From: an uncultured bacterium
Lineage (GTDB): Bacteria; Latescibacterota; UBA2968
Length of the DNA: 38,750 nt
Direction of reading: 5' to 3'
Assembly (NCBI GenBank): GCA_964471275.1
Contig: CAYYGZ010000009.1
Coordinates: 1-38,750, forward strand
The position numbers and the translations under genes were made by a program. The notes under the pieces were generated by a model that saw only the letters and a program-made list of their open reading frames with translations, searched no databases and was not told the DNA's origin. Positions 35,923 to 38,750 of this stretch are shown piece by piece (the first letter of the stretch is position 1; every line of letters starts with the position of its first letter).

Positions 35923-36615
35923 CTATGTCTGGAGAGCGTGTTTGAGGGCTGCTCGAGCAAGAAGACGGGTGGAATCCAGTGTGGGAAGAGGGGAGACGTC
36001 ATCATTGATGATGAGTGGGATTTCGGTGCAGCCAAGTACGACTGCGTCGCAGCCCTCGGCTGCAAGCGCGCCGATGGTTTCGACGAAATAGCTGCGGGAA
36101 GGCTCCCGGATATCGCCGTAGACGAGTTCATTGAAAATGATGTTGTTGATGCGAATGCGCTCATCGAGATTGGGTGTGGCCGTTTCGATTTCAGCCTGGG
36201 AAGCCGCTTCACGGTAGACGGGGCCTTCCATCAAGAACCGGGTCCCCGTGATGCCCAACCGGCCAAACCCCAGCGACTGCGCCTTCTCACAGACGACACG
36301 TGCGATGTGCAGCCAGGGGAGCGGAGATTGTGCCTCAACGATGTCGAAAGACTGATGTATCGTGTTGTCCGGGCAGATCAGGAAGTCGGCACCGACTTCT
36401 GCCAGCTTGCGTGCAGAGATGAGCATGAGCTTCGCCACAGCCGACCAGTCATCTGACTCGATACCGACCATGTAATCCGCAAGCGGTATCGTGTGCATCG
36501 AGATCTCTGGATGGGTATGGGGCCCCATCTCTGATGCCCCCTCGACGCATATCGTACGGTAGCAAAGGGCAGCACCCTCGGCGCTGCAAGCTACGATTCC
36601 AATGTGTTTCGTCAT
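35923..36615 (-). CDS. PLP-independent aspartate/glutamate racemase family protein
   Basis: MTKHIGIV, GADFLICPDNTIH, PWLHIA, GITGTRFLME, VVLGCTEIPL and LDSTRLLA. Confidence 0.9.
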   Translation of the reverse strand: MTKHIGIVACSAEGAALCYRTICVEGASEMGPHTHPEISMHTIPLADYMVGIESDDWSAVAKLMLISARKLAEVGADFLICPDNTIHQSFDIVEAQSPLPWLHIARVVCEKAQSLGFGRLGITGTRFLMEGPVYREAASQAEIETATPNLDERIRINNIIFNELVYGDIREPSRSYFVETIGALAAEGCDAVVLGCTEIPLIINDDVSPLPTLDSTRLLARAALKHALQT

Positions 36616-36779
36616 ATAAGCCTAAAGTCGTTGACCGCAGAGATCACCAGGGATACCAAGAAACGACAGAAGACAGGGAGGCCGCCGGTAATGATGCCTG
36701 TCTGGGTTGCGCTTTTCCGCGCCCCCTGCCCCGAGCCTTACTGATGCATAAACTGAACGCGTCCGTATGCTACAGTGTT

Positions 36780-36931
36780 TTCAGCCTGCTCGCTGCCGCG
36801 TAGCTATGGCGAAGCGGGGAGCAGACGCTGTGTAGTCGGCGACAGGGCCGAAAGCCGTTCACTTCCGGTTGATCGACGCCTCCCCTCGACTTCGCTCGGG
36901 CCAGGTTCAAAGGATTCACGCTCGGTGTGAC
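36780..36931. repeat. Mosaic of REP-like intergenic repeats
   Basis: Contains CCCCTCGACTTCGCTCGGGCCAGG (36882-36905), plus GTCACACCGAGCG and CGCTTCGCCATAGCTACGCGG on the minus strand. No convincing CDS. Confidence 0.5.
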
Positions 36932-37090
36932 GATGTTTATGTGTCGCCTCGTCAGGATCGATGTACAATATCCAATGTTCTTTGACTCTGTGAGTGTATC
37001 CTGTCCTACAAGAGCAAGTTGATCATTCGCCGTGCTCTGCACGGTGATGTCTCCCCTGCGCCAGGTTCATGCATATATTAGGGTAGGTCC

Positions 37091-37819
37091 CTAATCCCCA
37101 TACCGATTTATGATATGAACTTCTGATTCGTTTGTGCTCGGATCGATGAACTTGGTCAGGAGGGCGACTCGGTTGTCTTCGTCCAGCAGATTCCAGAACC
37201 GGTTGGCCGTTTCTTCGAGCGTATCGAGCAACGATACGGGATAAGGTTCGCCCTCAAACGACGGGACCGGGTCGCCGTCATCCAGGTAGGTGGTGATGCA
37301 ATGGCCATATCCCGGGATCGCGGTTTCATACGTGGCGTAGTGTCGCGAGGTGTGGTTGGCGTTGCCCTGTACCGTTTTGAGTATGCCGAGCTTGTAGGTG
37401 TAGGCCGTGTCGTCGTTTGTGTTCACAAGGCCTGAGATCCGAGGTGTCTTGATCGGGGGGTCCGGCTCCCACGTGCGGGTGTCGAGCGCAGACTCGAACG
37501 TGCCGCCATCTGCCAGATGAGCGTCGATTGTGTCTGTCTGATCGCCGTTTGTAACGATATGGTTCGGTCCATTCACACGGATCGGGTGATACGAGACCAG
37601 TTCGAGATTTTCGACTTTCGATTCATCGAAAACCCAGGTGCGCACCGTGTCACCTTCGTGAATGAAGATCCGATTTCGGCTTCCCTCGCTGCGGCCCGTC
37701 AGCCAATATACCTGGACGAGGCGACTCCCATTGGGTGTTGCACCAATTACGATCCCCCTGCCCGTGTATTGCGACGTTTCGATCCGATCCGACTGGTCTT
37801 CGAATTCAGGCATTCCCAT
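37091..37819 (-). CDS. IMP cyclohydrolase-like protein (PurO/archaeal type, Ntn-hydrolase fold)
   Basis: YTGRGIVIG, YWLTGRSEGSRNR, SY.PI, IVTNGDQTD, EPDPP..TPRISG and G.GHCITTY..DG.P.PSF.GEP. Confidence 0.85.
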   Translation of the reverse strand: MGMPEFEDQSDRIETSQYTGRGIVIGATPNGSRLVQVYWLTGRSEGSRNRIFIHEGDTVRTWVFDESKVENLELVSYHPIRVNGPNHIVTNGDQTDTIDAHLADGGTFESALDTRTWEPDPPIKTPRISGLVNTNDDTAYTYKLGILKTVQGNANHTSRHYATYETAIPGYGHCITTYLDDGDPVPSFEGEPYPVSLLDTLEETANRFWNLLDEDNRVALLTKFIDPSTNESEVHIINRYGD

Positions 37820-38669
37820 CCTTTTCCGTTAGTGCTTTCACAAAGTTGAATGATGTTTTGATGGCTACGGGTGTCGCGACGTGTTGGGGTGTGTATTCGA
37901 ACACCGCAGCTGCGTGTCGGGGGAGTTGGTCGACGATTCGGGAGAGGTTATACTCGGCATCCATCGCCGATCGCATCGGGTGCGGGGGCGTCCAGCGATA
38001 GTTGCGGCCCTCCATCCGAACATTATGGAGATGGACGATGGAGATCAGGTGTTTCCATCGAGTAAACTGTGCGAAGTAGACCTCTTCCAATCGGCTTGCC
38101 AGCAAATGGTCACCCACGTCCCAGCAAATGTGCAAGCCCGCATCGGAGAAGATACGGGTGGGGGCATTCCGAAGCCAACCAATGCCGGCTGGATCGTGAT
38201 CATCGCCGAGCTTGGGTTCACATATCACCCGGATATCCGTGAGTCGCTGTAGGCGGGAGAGTTTCTGGATGCCGTTGTCTACTGCGGGGAGATCGAGATC
38301 TCCGCTTACCGAGGCATATGGGTAGTGAACGAGCAGGTAGTCGATTTTCGCTCGTATACACCAATCCATCTCCTGCTGGATCTGCATCCAGGCAGCTTCT
38401 GTCGGCATCTGCACATCTCTCAGGAGGTCGTATTTGGAACCGCCCTGGACCAGAGGGGAGTGAATGCCAACCGTCTTGTCGCGCGCTCGAGCTCGGGCGG
38501 CAAAACGATCTGCAACTTCAAGGCTCTCGAACAGCCCGATCTCGATATGCTCGATATCTTTACGGAACAGCCTATCCAGCTGGTTCGTATGCGAACTTCG
38601 TGGCGGCGTCGTGTCAGTCGCTGACGTTGGCCGATCATGCTGACTTTGGGGCATTCGATGAATTGTCAA
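37806..38669 (-). CDS. Xylose-isomerase/AP-endonuclease-2-like TIM-barrel metalloprotein
   Basis: IEIG, GIHSP, LVHYP, ICEPK, CWDVGD, VHLHN and VFEY. Overlaps the next gene by 14 bp; start uncertain. Confidence 0.7.
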   Translation of the reverse strand: MTIHRMPQSQHDRPTSATDTTPPRSSHTNQLDRLFRKDIEHIEIGLFESLEVADRFAARARARDKTVGIHSPLVQGGSKYDLLRDVQMPTEAAWMQIQQEMDWCIRAKIDYLLVHYPYASVSGDLDLPAVDNGIQKLSRLQRLTDIRVICEPKLGDDHDPAGIGWLRNAPTRIFSDAGLHICWDVGDHLLASRLEEVYFAQFTRWKHLISIVHLHNVRMEGRNYRWTPPHPMRSAMDAEYNLSRIVDQLPRHAAAVFEYTPQHVATPVAIKTSFNFVKALTEKDGNA

Positions 38670-38750
38670 TCGGGTTATGGCTGTATCGTGAAATAGACAG
38701 CGGGGCCGCAGAGGGAATGATCGGCAAGTACGACGTCGGAAATGTGAACG

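Noticed and set aside
36770..37042. 90-aa ORF between the racemase and the PurO-like gene
   Set aside because: Largely a translation of REP-like repeats (LARAKSRG).
1..38750. CRISPR array, transposase, integrase, reverse transcriptase/retron, prophage or intact RNA genes
   Set aside because: No regularly spaced repeat-spacer array and no corresponding protein or RNA motifs were seen.

Overview
Bacterial chromosomal window of about 60% GC by eye, from a draft assembly with two 10-N gaps (3860-3869 and 16120-16129). It reads as a sulfatase- and dioxygenase-rich heterotroph; the lineage cannot be determined from sequence alone. Metabolic and housekeeping content: three Cys-type sulfatases, two PhyH-family Fe/2OG oxygenases, purU plus a LigM/DesA-type THF-dependent O-demethylase, hrpA, tupABC, MarR plus a GH3 glycosidase, cysC, NIPSNAP, an M42/M20-like peptidase, mmsA/iolA, an Asp/Glu racemase, a PurO-like IMP cyclohydrolase, several hypothetical genes and decayed genes (VapC, DctM, two membrane/coiled-coil paralogs). 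The most unusual system is a non-canonical mutasome-like cassette on the minus strand: dnaE2, an inactive DinB/ImuB-like gene, a 62-aa ORF and DUF72. It has no imuA, carries candidate clamp-binding motifs, has a candidate non-canonical operator over its promoter, and has a 24-bp repeat in frame inside dnaE2. Other notable signals are an HxG (halogenase-like) PhyH, a degenerate tRNA-3'/att relic with duplicated hairpins flanking a sulfatase, a stand-alone HisKA-like mini-protein, a structured cysC leader and a pair of paralogous secreted proteins of unrecognised family. No rRNA, intact tRNA, CRISPR array or transposase was seen.
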